A DNA stretch of 64,000 nucleotides from Batkoa obscura (Eukaryota), in the NCBI GenBank assembly GCA_030770535.1, contig JASVEC010000013.1, positions 1,116,001-1,180,000 of the forward strand, read 5' to 3'. Shown here in pieces: positions 1 to 11,598 of this stretch (position 1 is the first letter of the stretch; every line of letters starts with the position of its first letter). The notes below the pieces were generated by a model. It had not been told where the DNA came from. It ran no database searches and saw nothing but the letters and a program-made list of their open reading frames with translations. The translations under genes were made by a program, and so were the position numbers.

Positions 1-2
1 AC

Positions 3-3000
3 ACGCTTTCAAAATTTGACCCCTCTACCCTCATCCTAGCACTACCTTCCAAAATTCGTGGCAGACCCAAGAAGAAAAAGGTTCCCGTCGTTGAAATTCC
101 TAAAGTCATTCCACGTCGAATTGATAAGTCACCTGATAACTCTATCAATGCCCCTGATTCTGCCTTGATAAATGAAATTGCTAAACCTTACATTTCACAA
201 TTATCCGATTTATCCAAACTGTCCCTTACACAAAGTGAACTAGATAATACACACCAGTGGTTAACTAATGTTACCATCCCAATTCCTCTAGACAAAATCC
301 TAACTGGAGAATCAGACTTAGCAATTGCATTTAGAAACATCATTAGAGAATATCAGAATCCAAATAAACAGATCCTCTTAGTAAACCTCGATGCCAAAGC
401 CAACTCCACCGATTGTACTTACATTAATGCGTCGATTTACAAAAAAAATGTGCGTATAATATTAGATAGCGGAGCTCCCATCAATTTCATATCGAGTCGT
501 CTGGTAAAACGATTACCCTTTAAACCGGATATAGATTGTTCGGACACCTTCGGTACAGCCGGAACCGGAACCGTCACGGCACTAGGAGCATACTCATCAA
601 TCCCTATTAAGTTTGGAAAGCTAACTTTAGCCTTTCCAGCGATAGTGTTGGAAAGCGAAGGTTACGACTTCCTCCTAGGCACCGAATTCTTTGTGAAACA
701 TGGTTGCCAATTATTGTACGATCAAAATATCTTAAAAGTATTAGATCAATCCATTCCAATGTACTACAATAAGCCAAGGAACCTAACCATTAACAACATA
801 AGCAACAAAACTCCTGACTGTCGTATAATGAGCTATCGGACTAACAATAAATCAGTTGACGTTACTCTCTGCGGATTAGAATCTGTGATTTATCAATATC
901 CAGATATAGCATATAAGCAGTCTGGAATCCCCATTATTTCCCCTAAGAACTTACTAATACCGCCTAAATCACAGGTAGTACTAGACACCGAAATCTCATT
1001 ATGGGTACCTAAGGAGTTCCATCTATCTATATACAGTATAGAAAGTGTTTCAAGATTAGAACCTCTAACTATGCCCGGGATTTTAGGTAATAACATGAAT
1101 GAGACTATAAAACTACTGCTTGCCAACATTACCGAAAAAGATATCAAAATCTCTAGAGGTCAACAGGTTGGTACAATCCACGTAGAAAATAACATTGTGA
1201 TTAATACTTTCAGTAAATTTGCAACACTAGAAGAATTCCAAATTTATGAAGAAGCCCCTAATAACCAAACCCTGTTTGTTGAGAAAGACACTATTAAACA
1301 TCTAAACCCAGATGAACAACTTCAATTTTATAAATTGCTGGAAGAATATAAAGACGTCTTTGCAACTTCAGAAGAAGATATTGGCTGTGCCCGCAATACT
1401 AAACATAAAGTATATACATGTGATTCACTACCTGTTGCAACTAAAGCATATCGTAAATCTCAGTCTGAACTTAAGGCAGAACGAGAAGAAGTCCAAAAAC
1501 TTTTAAGATTAGGTTTGATTATCCCTTCAAATAGTCCATGGGCCTCTCCCCTTATGATTGTTAAGAAAAAAGATGGAACTAATAGAGTAGTTATGGACTA
1601 TAGGAAACTCAACAAAATCACAAAGAAGGATGTATATCCACTACCCAGAATAGATGATGCTGTTGACCGCTTACAAGGTGCAAAATACTTTTCAGCAATG
1701 GATCTAATCTCAGGATACTGGCAGGTAGAAATGGATCCGGAAGACCAAGAGAAATGCGCTTTGATTACTTCCGAAGGACTATTTCAACCAACGAGGATGC
1801 CACAAGGCCTTTCAAACGCTCCTGCTACACTCCAACGTCTTATGGATAATACACTAGGTGATCTTAAGCTCTCATGTGTACTAATTTACTTAGACGACTT
1901 GAATGTGTTCTCGAAGACTTTCGTGGATCACCTAAATCACCTTAAAGCAGTATTCGAACGTCTTCGCCAAGCTAACTTAAAGTTAAAGCCAAAAAAATGC
2001 TCATTTTTCCAAACTAGTCTGGAATTTTTAGGCTACAAGGTCTCTGACAAAGGTTTAGCTCCTATTCCTAATAAATTAGATGCAGTAAAAGAGCTTTTCC
2101 CCCCAACTACGATGAGAGAAGTACAAGTATTCCTCGGACTAATGAATTACTACCGAAGATTTATAAAAGATTTTTCGAACTTAGCCACTCCACTATTCCA
2201 ATTGTTAAAGAAAGAAGTCAAGTTTCAATGGAAAGAAGAACACCAACAAGCCTTTGAAGAACTTCGCGATAAGCTGCTTAACGCCCCAGTGTTGATGTTT
2301 CCAAATTTCTCAAAGCCCTTCTCCCTGCATACCGACGCTAGCCTAACGGCAGTTGGAGGTGTTTTAAGTCAACTGGATGATGACAACTGCGAGCATCCAA
2401 TAGCTTATACCTCTAGAACCTTATCGAAGCATGAGAGGAATTACACTACGACAGAGAAGGAATGCCTTGCAATTATTCATGCTATAAAGGCATTTAGACC
2501 GTATATCTATGGCACTCACTTTACTGTTATTACCGACCATGTTTCCCTAAAGTGGTTATATTCAATCACTAATCCTGAAGGACGTCTAGCTAGGTGGGCT
2601 CTAAAACTACAATCGTATAGTTTTGATATAGTATATAAGCCAGGTAAAGATCACCAAAATGCAGATGGGCTTAGTAGGTTACCCAGGATCTGTCTAGCCA
2701 CCCCCATAGATGATGATCTGTACAACCTATTGGGTAATAAAAATAAGTGGCCGCAACAACAACCTGAGCTTAAACAATGGCTTGAGAAAAATGCCCAGAA
2801 TATCATTGTCAAAAGTAATGCATTGTACAAAAAGATTAAAGGAACATATATTCCGTATATTAAGCCTTCTTCGCGGCTATCTGCATGTCAACAGTTTCAC
2901 AATGTGATCTGCGGGCATTCAGCCTTCCAAAAAACATATGACACCATGAAAGTTTCCTGCTATTGGGAATCAATGATACCAGACTTAGAAGACTTCATAA

Positions 3001-3923
3001 ATAATTGTGATGTTTGTAAAAGAGAACAAAGTAGGATAAAAGTAACAGCTTACAAGTTTATTTTACCTAAACATGCATTCCACACGGTAAGTATAGATGT
3101 GATAGGCCCTCTTTGTGAAGCTTCTTCAGTAAGAGGAAATAAGTATATCGTTGTAGCTATAGACCATCTAACTAAGTGGGTTGAAGCTAGAGCAATACCA
3201 AACCAGACTTCCTTCCACATATCTAAATTTATATATGAAGATATTATTTGTAGACATGGAAGCCCACAGGTGATACTTACCGATAATGCTGCCAATTTTG
3301 TTAATCTAGTTCTCCCAAAATTAGCCAGACTAATGGCCATAAGACATTCTACTGCAGCTCCGTATCATCCAGAAACTAATGGAATGGTTGAGAGAGTAAA
3401 CGGTACACTAATACGTATACTAAGAAAACTAGCTTTTGACAAAACTAGCTGTTGGGATGAATATCTACATTCCGCTATTTTAGCATATAGATATTCAGTA
3501 CACAGTATTACTAAAAAGTCTCCTTTTATTATGCTTTATGGGAGACACCCTGGGCTCCCCATATCTTTTGCCCCTTTAATCGCTAAACAAGGCGAGATAA
3601 GCCCTGACATATACTTGGCTAAACTAACAAAAAAATTGATAGCTATCCAAGTTGAAGCCTTTAACGCATTAACAGATTCGAAGATAAAGAGGTATCAGCA
3701 AGATATGTCCAGACTTCCTAGTCTAGCCACTTTCAAGGTAGGAGATATTGTTTATTTGTATCCTTCCTACAACCAACCTAGAAAAAATAAACTGGCACTG
3801 AAATGGGACGGACCATATGAAATCATACATAAACACTTGTATGATAGCTATTCGATTAAACATAAAGGAACAAGCGTCATTTATAATCGAGTCCATGCCA
3901 AGTTTCTCAAATCAGCAATGTGA
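3..3923 (+). CDS. pol: Gypsy (gag-)pol polyprotein: aspartic protease, dUTPase-like domain, reverse transcriptase, RNase H, integrase (5'-partial)
   Basis: Frame is open from base 3. Motifs: ILDSGA (protease), SPWASP/DYRKLN/YLDD (RT), TDAS..E..TDH..NADGLSR (RNase H), HHCC zinc finger, D-D-E core, WDGPY (GPY/F). No chromodomain. Confidence 0.96.
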   Translation, partial: TLSKFDPSTLILALPSKIRGRPKKKKVPVVEIPKVIPRRIDKSPDNSINAPDSALINEIAKPYISQLSDLSKLSLTQSELDNTHQWLTNVTIPIPLDKILTGESDLAIAFRNIIREYQNPNKQILLVNLDAKANSTDCTYINASIYKKNVRIILDSGAPINFISSRLVKRLPFKPDIDCSDTFGTAGTGTVTALGAYSSIPIKFGKLTLAFPAIVLESEGYDFLLGTEFFVKHGCQLLYDQNILKVLDQSIPMYYNKPRNLTINNISNKTPDCRIMSYRTNNKSVDVTLCGLESVIYQYPDIAYKQSGIPIISPKNLLIPPKSQVVLDTEISLWVPKEFHLSIYSIESVSRLEPLTMPGILGNNMNETIKLLLANITEKDIKISRGQQVGTIHVENNIVINTFSKFATLEEFQIYEEAPNNQTLFVEKDTIKHLNPDEQLQFYKLLEEYKDVFATSEEDIGCARNTKHKVYTCDSLPVATKAYRKSQSELKAEREEVQKLLRLGLIIPSNSPWASPLMIVKKKDGTNRVVMDYRKLNKITKKDVYPLPRIDDAVDRLQGAKYFSAMDLISGYWQVEMDPEDQEKCALITSEGLFQPTRMPQGLSNAPATLQRLMDNTLGDLKLSCVLIYLDDLNVFSKTFVDHLNHLKAVFERLRQANLKLKPKKCSFFQTSLEFLGYKVSDKGLAPIPNKLDAVKELFPPTTMREVQVFLGLMNYYRRFIKDFSNLATPLFQLLKKEVKFQWKEEHQQAFEELRDKLLNAPVLMFPNFSKPFSLHTDASLTAVGGVLSQLDDDNCEHPIAYTSRTLSKHERNYTTTEKECLAIIHAIKAFRPYIYGTHFTVITDHVSLKWLYSITNPEGRLARWALKLQSYSFDIVYKPGKDHQNADGLSRLPRICLATPIDDDLYNLLGNKNKWPQQQPELKQWLEKNAQNIIVKSNALYKKIKGTYIPYIKPSSRLSACQQFHNVICGHSAFQKTYDTMKVSCYWESMIPDLEDFINNCDVCKREQSRIKVTAYKFILPKHAFHTVSIDVIGPLCEASSVRGNKYIVVAIDHLTKWVEARAIPNQTSFHISKFIYEDIICRHGSPQVILTDNAANFVNLVLPKLARLMAIRHSTAAPYHPETNGMVERVNGTLIRILRKLAFDKTSCWDEYLHSAILAYRYSVHSITKKSPFIMLYGRHPGLPISFAPLIAKQGEISPDIYLAKLTKKLIAIQVEAFNALTDSKIKRYQQDMSRLPSLATFKVGDIVYLYPSYNQPRKNKLALKWDGPYEIIHKHLYDSYSIKHKGTSVIYNRVHAKFLKSAM

Positions 3924-4009
3924 TTCAATGAGTACAATTCGTAACTAGTCAAATTGCTCTTGGTAAGTAAATCATAAAAATTCACTACATCAAATCATAG
4001 GGAGGGAAA

Positions 4010-4477
4010 TGTGAAATATTGCTTTATTTAGCTCTCGGATTGATTATAACGCAACAATCACTTAAGTTGCTGTGTTCTCAAGTTCAAATACAATCAAGTC
4101 AGAGTCCCTTATTTTGATTTGCTGCGAGAATTTCTAACTTCATATTGCAAGGAATAACATCCTCTCGTATTAATATCCATATTTATTGGAGTATAAAAGA
4201 GATTCTTCAATATGATAACTCCAGGTTTTTTTTTAATTGGATTACTCCCTGATAACGTATCATTAATAAAGTCACTAAGTCTTTCTGACAACATCTGATA
4301 TAGATTTTATAGTAGTATCTTCCATTGTATTTGTTTTACATAATTTGTAGCTTACTACATACTATTTCTATTAAGTTAAGTCTACCTTAGTTATATAAAC
4401 TAAGACCCTTCGACTCAAGGCAAGTTAATTAAGCAAGAGTAGCTTTTAACTTCGGCCACTAAGTATCAACTTTCACA
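4010..4477 (+). repeat. 3' LTR (468 bp)
   Basis: TGTGAAA...TTTCACA inverted termini, preceded by PPT; homologous to 17836-18299, 19094-19678, 46764-47233. Confidence 0.95.
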
Positions 4478-4610
4478 GCTATTTGAGTGGAAAGATTGTT
4501 AGTAAAATTCCTAAACAAAAAAATACATCCTCATTAGAGACTTACGAATTTAAAAACTTAAAATTTGGATTAATTTCTAGTTAAATTCTAAAACCAATTC
4601 GGACACCCCC
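4478..4610. mobile_element. Half MITE followed by Sola-like element left end (target into which the Gypsy inserted)
   Basis: gctatttgagtggaaagattgttagtaaaatt...catcctc is the MITE right half; ...ccaattcggacaccccc-atat is the reverse TIR of the Sola-like element. Confidence 0.8.
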
Positions 4611-5763
4611 ATATAAGAATAAAAATTGTTGTAAATAATATTGACTCGACTGTATAGTTTTTCTAGTGCTTATTTCATTGAAAGTATCATAGAATGCCAA
4701 AGTTTATGCTACTGAAAGTTAAACAGATTGAGTTTTTTCAAAAAGATTGTTCACAACATGTAATAAATTAATTGCTAAAAATCGATTATACTGTTATTTA
4801 AGCTAAGATCTTTAATATAACTGATAATATTCATGAAAGCATTATATATATGTGAACAACCATTAAAACGCAGCTAAAGAGTATACCAGATTAAATTGAT
4901 TTTGACTTAAAATATACTTATAAATGAATAAAAAACTATTATAAAATTTTGTAAAAAAATAAATAGTAATAAGTAGAAAAAATATTTAAAATTTAACAAC
5001 TAACTTTCAAACAACGTTTATTATAATTTGATATTAATATTATAAAATTAATGTAAAATTTAAAAGTTCAAAGTTTTTAGCTGGAAATTAATCAATTTTA
5101 AAATGTATCCGAATATATATTTTAACCTAATTATTGGTAGTTATTAACACTTAATAATATTATCAATAAACTAAATATTTAAACATTTAGAATCCTTATA
5201 CCTATATTTATGTCTATACATTTGTTTTGTTATAACTGTTTAAAAAACATTACGAAAATGCTTGAGGTCTATAATTCATACATGTATCAAAAAAATACTT
5301 GTAATTTTATATATTCTTAGTGTTTCATTAAATTTATAAACGATATTTTATTAATATTATAAAAATCAAATTATTAATGTTTCATTATTAAAATGATATA
5401 ACATTAATGAAATCAATCAAGTAATAATCAACCAAATAAGATAAAACAAACGTAGGTATACTTGGCTTTCATAATAAATAATTAGCAAATGAGGGAAAAG
5501 GGAGAGAACAAGTAATTTCAACTCAAACTCAATGAGAAAAAACTGGGCAATTTGAATTTAAGAAAGGGACCAATCAATTTCGCACCTTAATTTTAAAGGG
5601 ATTGAAAAAAGTAAAAAAAGAAAGTTGAGAGTTTCAGTTTAAGAAAAAGTAAAGTTGATAGAATGAATATTAATATATTAAATAAAGAAATAGCTTTTTG
5701 AACTTTTTAAAATTTTATTGTATCTTTATATTAATTGATTTATTAGATTTCATTTTAATTAAT

Positions 5764-8175
5764 ATGTTCAACTACTCATTATTAAATTTATTACTATATT
5801 TTAACTTAATAGTTAATTTAAAAGCCTTTAATCTAACTTCAAAAAACAATTTAGTAGCTTATTGGGGCCAAAACTCATACGGAAATAGTGAAGAAGCACA
5901 CAAAGATTCTCATGAGAGACCTATGTCTGACTATTGTAAGGATCAAACTTACGATACAATTGTGGTCTCCTTTTTAATTAAATTTAATGCTGAGACAAAA
6001 AATGGGCATCCAATTTTAAATATGGGTAAACATTGTTCTAAAAAATTCCCTAATTCCCTTCACCCTTATTGTCCAGAAGTAGCTGCTGGGATTAAATACT
6101 GCCAAAATCAAGGTAAAAAGGTGCTTTTATCGATGGGCGGATATGCTGGTGATTATACTTTAAAAGACGATGAATCAGCTAAAAACTTTGCTCAAAGGGT
6201 TTGGGACTTATATTTAGGTGGCAAAACGGACCATCGACCCTTTGGAGAAGTAGCTTTAGATGGTATTGATTTAGATATTGAAAAAGGACCTCCAGAATCA
6301 TATGCTGTTTTTAGTAATAAATTGAAAGAAATTATTGATGGCCAGAAAGAAGAAAACAAAAGAGAGTATTTTATTACTGCAGCTCCACAGTGTCCATTCC
6401 CAGATCAATACTTGAAGAATGTATTAGAACACGGCTGGTTAGATGCTGTATTTGTACAATTTTATAACAATGAGTGTGCAATTGGTAAAGATGGATTTAA
6501 CTTTGCAACATGGGATGGTTGGGCAAGGTTTGCATCCAAAAATAAAAATGTAAAGATCTTTTTGGGAGCACCAGGCGGCCCAACAGCTGCCTCTTCTGGT
6601 TATTTAAATTTCCAAGAATTAGAGCCAATTATTAATGAAGTTAAAGAAAAGTATCCTTCGTTTGGAGGAGTTATGCTATGGGATATTTCTCAAGCGGATC
6701 AAAATATATGTCCAGATGTTAAAAAGATTTATTCCGCAGCTGTTTCGCACCTTTTAAAAGGAGAATATGAGATTAAGCAGCCAGGTAATAATAAAATTAA
6801 AGGCGAAAAAGAATCTGAGGATAAAGAGAAAAAGCCTGAAAAAGAAAAAAATGAAAAAGAAAACAATGAAAAAGAAAAAAAGCCTGAAAACCAAGAAGCC
6901 AAAAATAATACCGATAGACTACCCAAGAAAGATCGTGGTATTTTAAACGGTGAGTTGGCTAAAAACAGAATGCCAGATTCTTCATTAATGGATTTAGTTG
7001 AAATACCAAGTGAAGAAGAAATTTCTATGAATGATAGTGGAAGTAGTAATGAAACTAAAGACTCAACTAAAACTTCAGGAAAAACACTGAATGATGAAAA
7101 AGACCAAAACACTAATGAAACCAACGAAAAACAGAAATCGGAAGATAGCAAAAACACTCCTGAAAAACCCAAAGGAACTAAGGATGCCCCTGAAAAACCT
7201 AAAGAAGATAAAGATACTTCAGAAAATACCAAAGAAAAAGAGGATACCCCTAAAGACGGCAAGTTTGAAGAAACTAAGCCATCAGATTCTGTAAATTCTA
7301 CCGTTACAGCAGAAAATTTGCCAAAATTTACGAATAATAGATCCCTAATAGTTAATGCTACTAAACCCAATTCCGTGAAAAATGGTACTGAGGATAATAC
7401 TATGTTAGCTGAAGATATTAAAAAGCAAATAGAAATGATGAAAAATACAACAGATACTTCAAACAATTTTGGTAAAAATTCTACTGAATTAAATCAAAAT
7501 TCCAAAGCAAATTCAACTTCAACTATTTTGCAAAATGAGACTAATACAATAAACACCAAAGAAAAAGAAAGCAAGTTTAATTCTACGAATATTGTTGAAA
7601 AAGAAGCTGCGAAAATAGATTTAAATAAAACAAACTCAACATTACCATCAAATAACGCCCATAATACCACCATTACTGATAAAGATAAGCCTAAAGTAGA
7701 TTTGAGTAAAGCCAATTCCACCGAGATAACTAATGGTAAAAACAATACCGATATTAATACTCAAGGAAAAGAGAGTGAAAAAGTGGATTTAAATAAAAAC
7801 AATTCAACTGAAGCAGTCAAAACAAACTCAACAACTAATTTAGCAAAGGAGAGTGAAAAAGTAAATTTGAATAAATACCCTGTTAATGAGCCTCTTAAGC
7901 TACAGAATGAGGCAAAAAACAATAGTACAATGGCTCCACTAGCTGCTCAAAATAGTACTACTGTGGCGACCCCAACTACTCAAAACAATCCTAAAGAACC
8001 AAACCAACAGGATCATCCAGATGAAGCAAATAAACCCAAGCAAGTTGAAACACCAGTTCCTAACCCTGAGAATAAAAACAATACTAATAGTACCAGTAAG
8101 GAAGATTTAGACACCTTGAAAACCAAGCCGGTTGATTTAAATGGGAACACTAACTCTACAGATAAAGCTAATTGA
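5764..8175 (+). CDS. Secreted GH18 class III (Cts1-type) endochitinase with long low-complexity C-terminal tail
   Basis: Signal peptide from ATG 5764; YWGQNS, KVLLSMGG, LDGIDLDIE (DxxDxDxE), AAPQCPFPD, VQFYNN, GGVMLWD. Confidence 0.95.
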   Translation: MFNYSLLNLLLYFNLIVNLKAFNLTSKNNLVAYWGQNSYGNSEEAHKDSHERPMSDYCKDQTYDTIVVSFLIKFNAETKNGHPILNMGKHCSKKFPNSLHPYCPEVAAGIKYCQNQGKKVLLSMGGYAGDYTLKDDESAKNFAQRVWDLYLGGKTDHRPFGEVALDGIDLDIEKGPPESYAVFSNKLKEIIDGQKEENKREYFITAAPQCPFPDQYLKNVLEHGWLDAVFVQFYNNECAIGKDGFNFATWDGWARFASKNKNVKIFLGAPGGPTAASSGYLNFQELEPIINEVKEKYPSFGGVMLWDISQADQNICPDVKKIYSAAVSHLLKGEYEIKQPGNNKIKGEKESEDKEKKPEKEKNEKENNEKEKKPENQEAKNNTDRLPKKDRGILNGELAKNRMPDSSLMDLVEIPSEEEISMNDSGSSNETKDSTKTSGKTLNDEKDQNTNETNEKQKSEDSKNTPEKPKGTKDAPEKPKEDKDTSENTKEKEDTPKDGKFEETKPSDSVNSTVTAENLPKFTNNRSLIVNATKPNSVKNGTEDNTMLAEDIKKQIEMMKNTTDTSNNFGKNSTELNQNSKANSTSTILQNETNTINTKEKESKFNSTNIVEKEAAKIDLNKTNSTLPSNNAHNTTITDKDKPKVDLSKANSTEITNGKNNTDINTQGKESEKVDLNKNNSTEAVKTNSTTNLAKESEKVNLNKYPVNEPLKLQNEAKNNSTMAPLAAQNSTTVATPTTQNNPKEPNQQDHPDEANKPKQVETPVPNPENKNNTNSTSKEDLDTLKTKPVDLNGNTNSTDKAN

Positions 8176-8376
8176 TTATATGCCCCACTGCCTACTATAA
8201 TTTTTGTAAAAATTTGTATACTATTTCATAAATTAATTTAATTCGAAAATAAATTTTAATATTTTGAATAAGTGATATTTTTAAATTTACTATTTAAACA
8301 GTCTTTATTTATTATTTATTAAATTTAAACTATTATTTAAAATATAAAAGGCAACCTTTATTCAAGTTTAAAAATA

Positions 8377-8900
8377 CTAATAAAAAGTAGAAAAAGTAGA
8401 AAGAGAACTGTTGTTTTCCTCATCCTTATTTTTACTACTCCTCATCATAGGACTAAATTCTACGGTATCTTTCAGGTTTAAATTAGTTTCGTCTTTAGTA
8501 GATAGCCTTGTAGATTCACTAAAATGTAAGCTTAGACTTGGACTTTGGTTATCGTTAAACGGTGTAGTATTTATAGAAGATTTTAAATCAAAAAAGTCTT
8601 CATTTGCCCTTAAATCCATTTTTTCGGCTACAGTATCATCCTCTTCGATTCCGTTGAGTACTCTTTCTTCACCCTCTAAGCAATAGTATTGATTTAAACA
8701 CTGTATAAAATTAAACTTACTATTTGTATCTGAAACCGAACTTGATAATTTCGCAATTTTAGTAGGCGGAATATTAATTTGATTAGGTTTATAATTGATT
8801 TCAGTTTGAGTGGTACCAGACGCATCATCATTACCTTTTTTAAATATCACACTTATAGATGATTTTCCACGGTTGAATATACCAATGTTCTTTAATATTA
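8377..8900 (-). CDS. Hypothetical protein, probable last exon
   Basis: Open frame of about 170 codons with coding-like composition, preceded by a possible ttttatag acceptor; no recognisable domain. Confidence 0.4.
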
Positions 8901-9431
8901 AAAACTATAAAAGGGAGTTTATTATAAGTAAGATGTTTCATTTAAATTACTTTATTGTTTTTTCTTTTATTTTTTTTAGTACTATTCCTAATAAATCGGT
9001 TACATTTTTTATTTTAGCTAAAGAAAACTCAAATTACATTTAATAATTTTCAATTAATTTTGTTTGATTTGTACCTTTATAGTTGAGCTTTAAATGCATT
9101 TATTTTACATTATCGAATGCATTATCTTATCTCAAATATGATCGGATATTAGCCAAACTATAAAAATTAAAATGTCAGTTGTTTAGCAACAAAATAAAAC
9201 AGTATTGTCATTATTTTGTTTCATCAATTTAAAACATAAATTAATATCAATAAAGAATAATAATTAGAAAAAGAATAGTTTATTTACTACGGGTGATTAA
9301 TTATATGTAATATAGAGGTTATACATAAAAGTGCTACAATATCTTTTAAGGAAGAGAATACAATCAATATAATCAGCTTTTAGAGAGAGAAATATACTAT
9401 ATATACTATATATACTATATATAATAGTAAC

Positions 9432-11384
9432 TTATTGAAACATAAAATAATTTGGGAATAGATTCATATTGTCAGGCTCTGAATTAGGTGGATTGGTACT
9501 ATTAAAAGTATTGCTGTTACCTTCCATTGGAGGGTAATAGTTATTATTATTTAAAATGGGCACAAATACTTGGTTGAATGGGAGATTTAATAATCCAGGA
9601 TCCATACCTGGATAATAATTTTCTCCAATCATATCTAAAACGTTACCTCCATTGTTCATTCCTATAACATTGTTTTGATTAATTATGGGGAGGTTGCTCT
9701 GGTTTACATCTGATTGCAACAATGGATTTGTAAACTGGGTTTTATCTAGATCTCTAGTTATAGGCGTACTCGGTGTGTTATGTCGAGCGCTTTGTTTTTG
9801 AAACACTTTTTCCTTTGTATTTATAATTTGCTCTGAAATTGGGCTTTCCTGCTTTAACTCGCCTTCGCTATCGTTTGATGAGTCTAAATCTTCGGTACTC
9901 TTTCTAGATTTGGGATTCATAGAAGAACCTTTAGACATATGAAATGGACTAGGGTTTCGAACCCTCTTTTTAATCACATTAGAGTAAAGGTGAGGAGGCC
10001 TTGGACGGTTATTCATCTTTTTAAATAACCCACACGGATTGCAAACTGGCTCACCACTATCGATATCCCGACGCCATAAAGCTGCTTTCTTAGTTTTACA
10101 ATGGGAGCATACTAAGGCCCTTGGTTTGTATGCTGGCTTCTTAGAATCTTTGGCTTTCTTTAAATCTATTGGGCGATGCTTCTGATGGAGTTTATAATAC
10201 AGGCCACAGGCATTGCACAACCTTTGATTATCTGGAGTTCGCCTCCACAAAGGTGTGCTGGTAGCGTGACAATTAAAACAACAACGATCTTTTTCACCTT
10301 CTGATCCAGAAAAGATTTCTGTTTCTGCAACTTTAGATTTGTTGGTAGGTTCTGGACGTTGCTGTGCTTTTCGCTTCTCCTTCTTATTCTCTTTTTTGGC
10401 CATTAAACTACTGGTGGGTTTCTTTTCTTTAGTAGCTGATTTTTTCGGTGTAGTATCACTTAAAGCAGTCTTGGATTCGTCATTATTATTAGTATTTGAA
10501 TCATTTTGTACTTTGTTCACTACATTTTGATCTATTTCATTTAAAGGCAGAGACATATTATCCAAGTTAAACATTGAATTAATGTCTTGACTAGGGTTAG
10601 TGCAGTTACTTGAATTAAAAGGTTGTGGATTAAATGAAGAAGGATTTGGCAACTGATTCAAACTTTGAAGTAATAAAGAATTCATTAAAATCTGTTGATT
10701 ATTGTAATCTGGAGCAAACATTGTCGATAAATTGTTTACTGAATTTAATAAATTATTATTTAAACTGTTTTGTGAGATTGCTGATAACGCCTGTTGAAGT
10801 AATTGTTGATTATTTGTAAAGTTGAAGCTCATGGTGTTATTATTCATGTTCATACTTGATTGAGTAGGCATAAAAGAAGTGGAAATTTGTTCTTCACCAA
10901 AGGTATTTCTTGTATTAACCAGAGGTTGTTTTGAAATAGCTGAATTTATGCTTTGGTGTGTTACTAAATCATTTTTAATTGGGTTAATAATTGAATCTAC
11001 TGTAGGTGAATGCTGATACTCATTCATATTAATATTTAAAGGGAGAGGTCGGATATCATTTGAGTCATTAGTATTAAGTCTTTGGATTTTATTTTTATAC
11101 ATTGGTGCTTTGATTTTAATTTTACTGTTCTCTAAATTCTTAGTAGCATTGAATGATATAACTTGAAATTTTTTAATGCCATCATGCTTATATTGTTGAG
11201 TTGACATTACTTTATTTCTAATATGAAACAACCGAAGTGAAGCATTCTCTAATCGATAACTACAATCCAACTCATCTTTAACTTGATGAAAAAGTTGACT
11301 AAAATGACATAATTCTAACGAGTCTAAACCACTACTAAAGATAGCAAAAGATTTCTGGTATTTAACTTTCAAAACAGGTGCCAT
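9432..11384 (-). CDS. GATA transcription factor with two zinc fingers and an N-terminal DUF1752-like (RLENxSxR) motif
   Basis: CFNC-x17-CNACGLYY and CSHC-x18-CNPCGLF fingers with (P/A)[14 protein letters not shown] near the N-terminus; Asn/Gln-rich region. Confidence 0.93.
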   Translation of the reverse strand: MAPVLKVKYQKSFAIFSSGLDSLELCHFSQLFHQVKDELDCSYRLENASLRLFHIRNKVMSTQQYKHDGIKKFQVISFNATKNLENSKIKIKAPMYKNKIQRLNTNDSNDIRPLPLNINMNEYQHSPTVDSIINPIKNDLVTHQSINSAISKQPLVNTRNTFGEEQISTSFMPTQSSMNMNNNTMSFNFTNNQQLLQQALSAISQNSLNNNLLNSVNNLSTMFAPDYNNQQILMNSLLLQSLNQLPNPSSFNPQPFNSSNCTNPSQDINSMFNLDNMSLPLNEIDQNVVNKVQNDSNTNNNDESKTALSDTTPKKSATKEKKPTSSLMAKKENKKEKRKAQQRPEPTNKSKVAETEIFSGSEGEKDRCCFNCHATSTPLWRRTPDNQRLCNACGLYYKLHQKHRPIDLKKAKDSKKPAYKPRALVCSHCKTKKAALWRRDIDSGEPVCNPCGLFKKMNNRPRPPHLYSNVIKKRVRNPSPFHMSKGSSMNPKSRKSTEDLDSSNDSEGELKQESPISEQIINTKEKVFQKQSARHNTPSTPITRDLDKTQFTNPLLQSDVNQSNLPIINQNNVIGMNNGGNVLDMIGENYYPGMDPGLLNLPFNQVFVPILNNNNYYPPMEGNSNTFNSTNPPNSEPDNMNLFPNYFMFQ

Positions 11385-11598
11385 AAATTAAGCTTTATCT
11401 ATAGTATAGGTACTAGAATGAAGTAAAAAAGATTTTAAAGTTAAGCAAGTAACTTTCTTCAAAATAGAAACTTTGACAAATTTCATCACGGGTATAGCCA
11501 ATCATATCATATTAATTTTGCTTGAAGTTTTGTTTACCAACCAAAGGTAAAAAATTAAAATAACTAATCCAATATAAATGTTAGAAATTTATTCACAA

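Larger units (their letters stand above)
1..4477 (+). mobile_element. Ty3/Gypsy LTR retrotransposon, 5'-truncated by window edge (pol, PPT, 3' LTR)
   Basis: PR-RT-RH-IN domain order; polypurine tract AGGGAGGGAAA (3999-4009) directly followed by a TGTGAAA...TTTCACA LTR (4010-4477) that recurs elsewhere in the window. Confidence 0.97.

Noticed and set aside
6729..7745. Antisense ORFs over the chitinase tail (also shadow ORFs in pol, GATA, NOB1, UBX)
   Set aside because: Low-complexity shadows of the real genes
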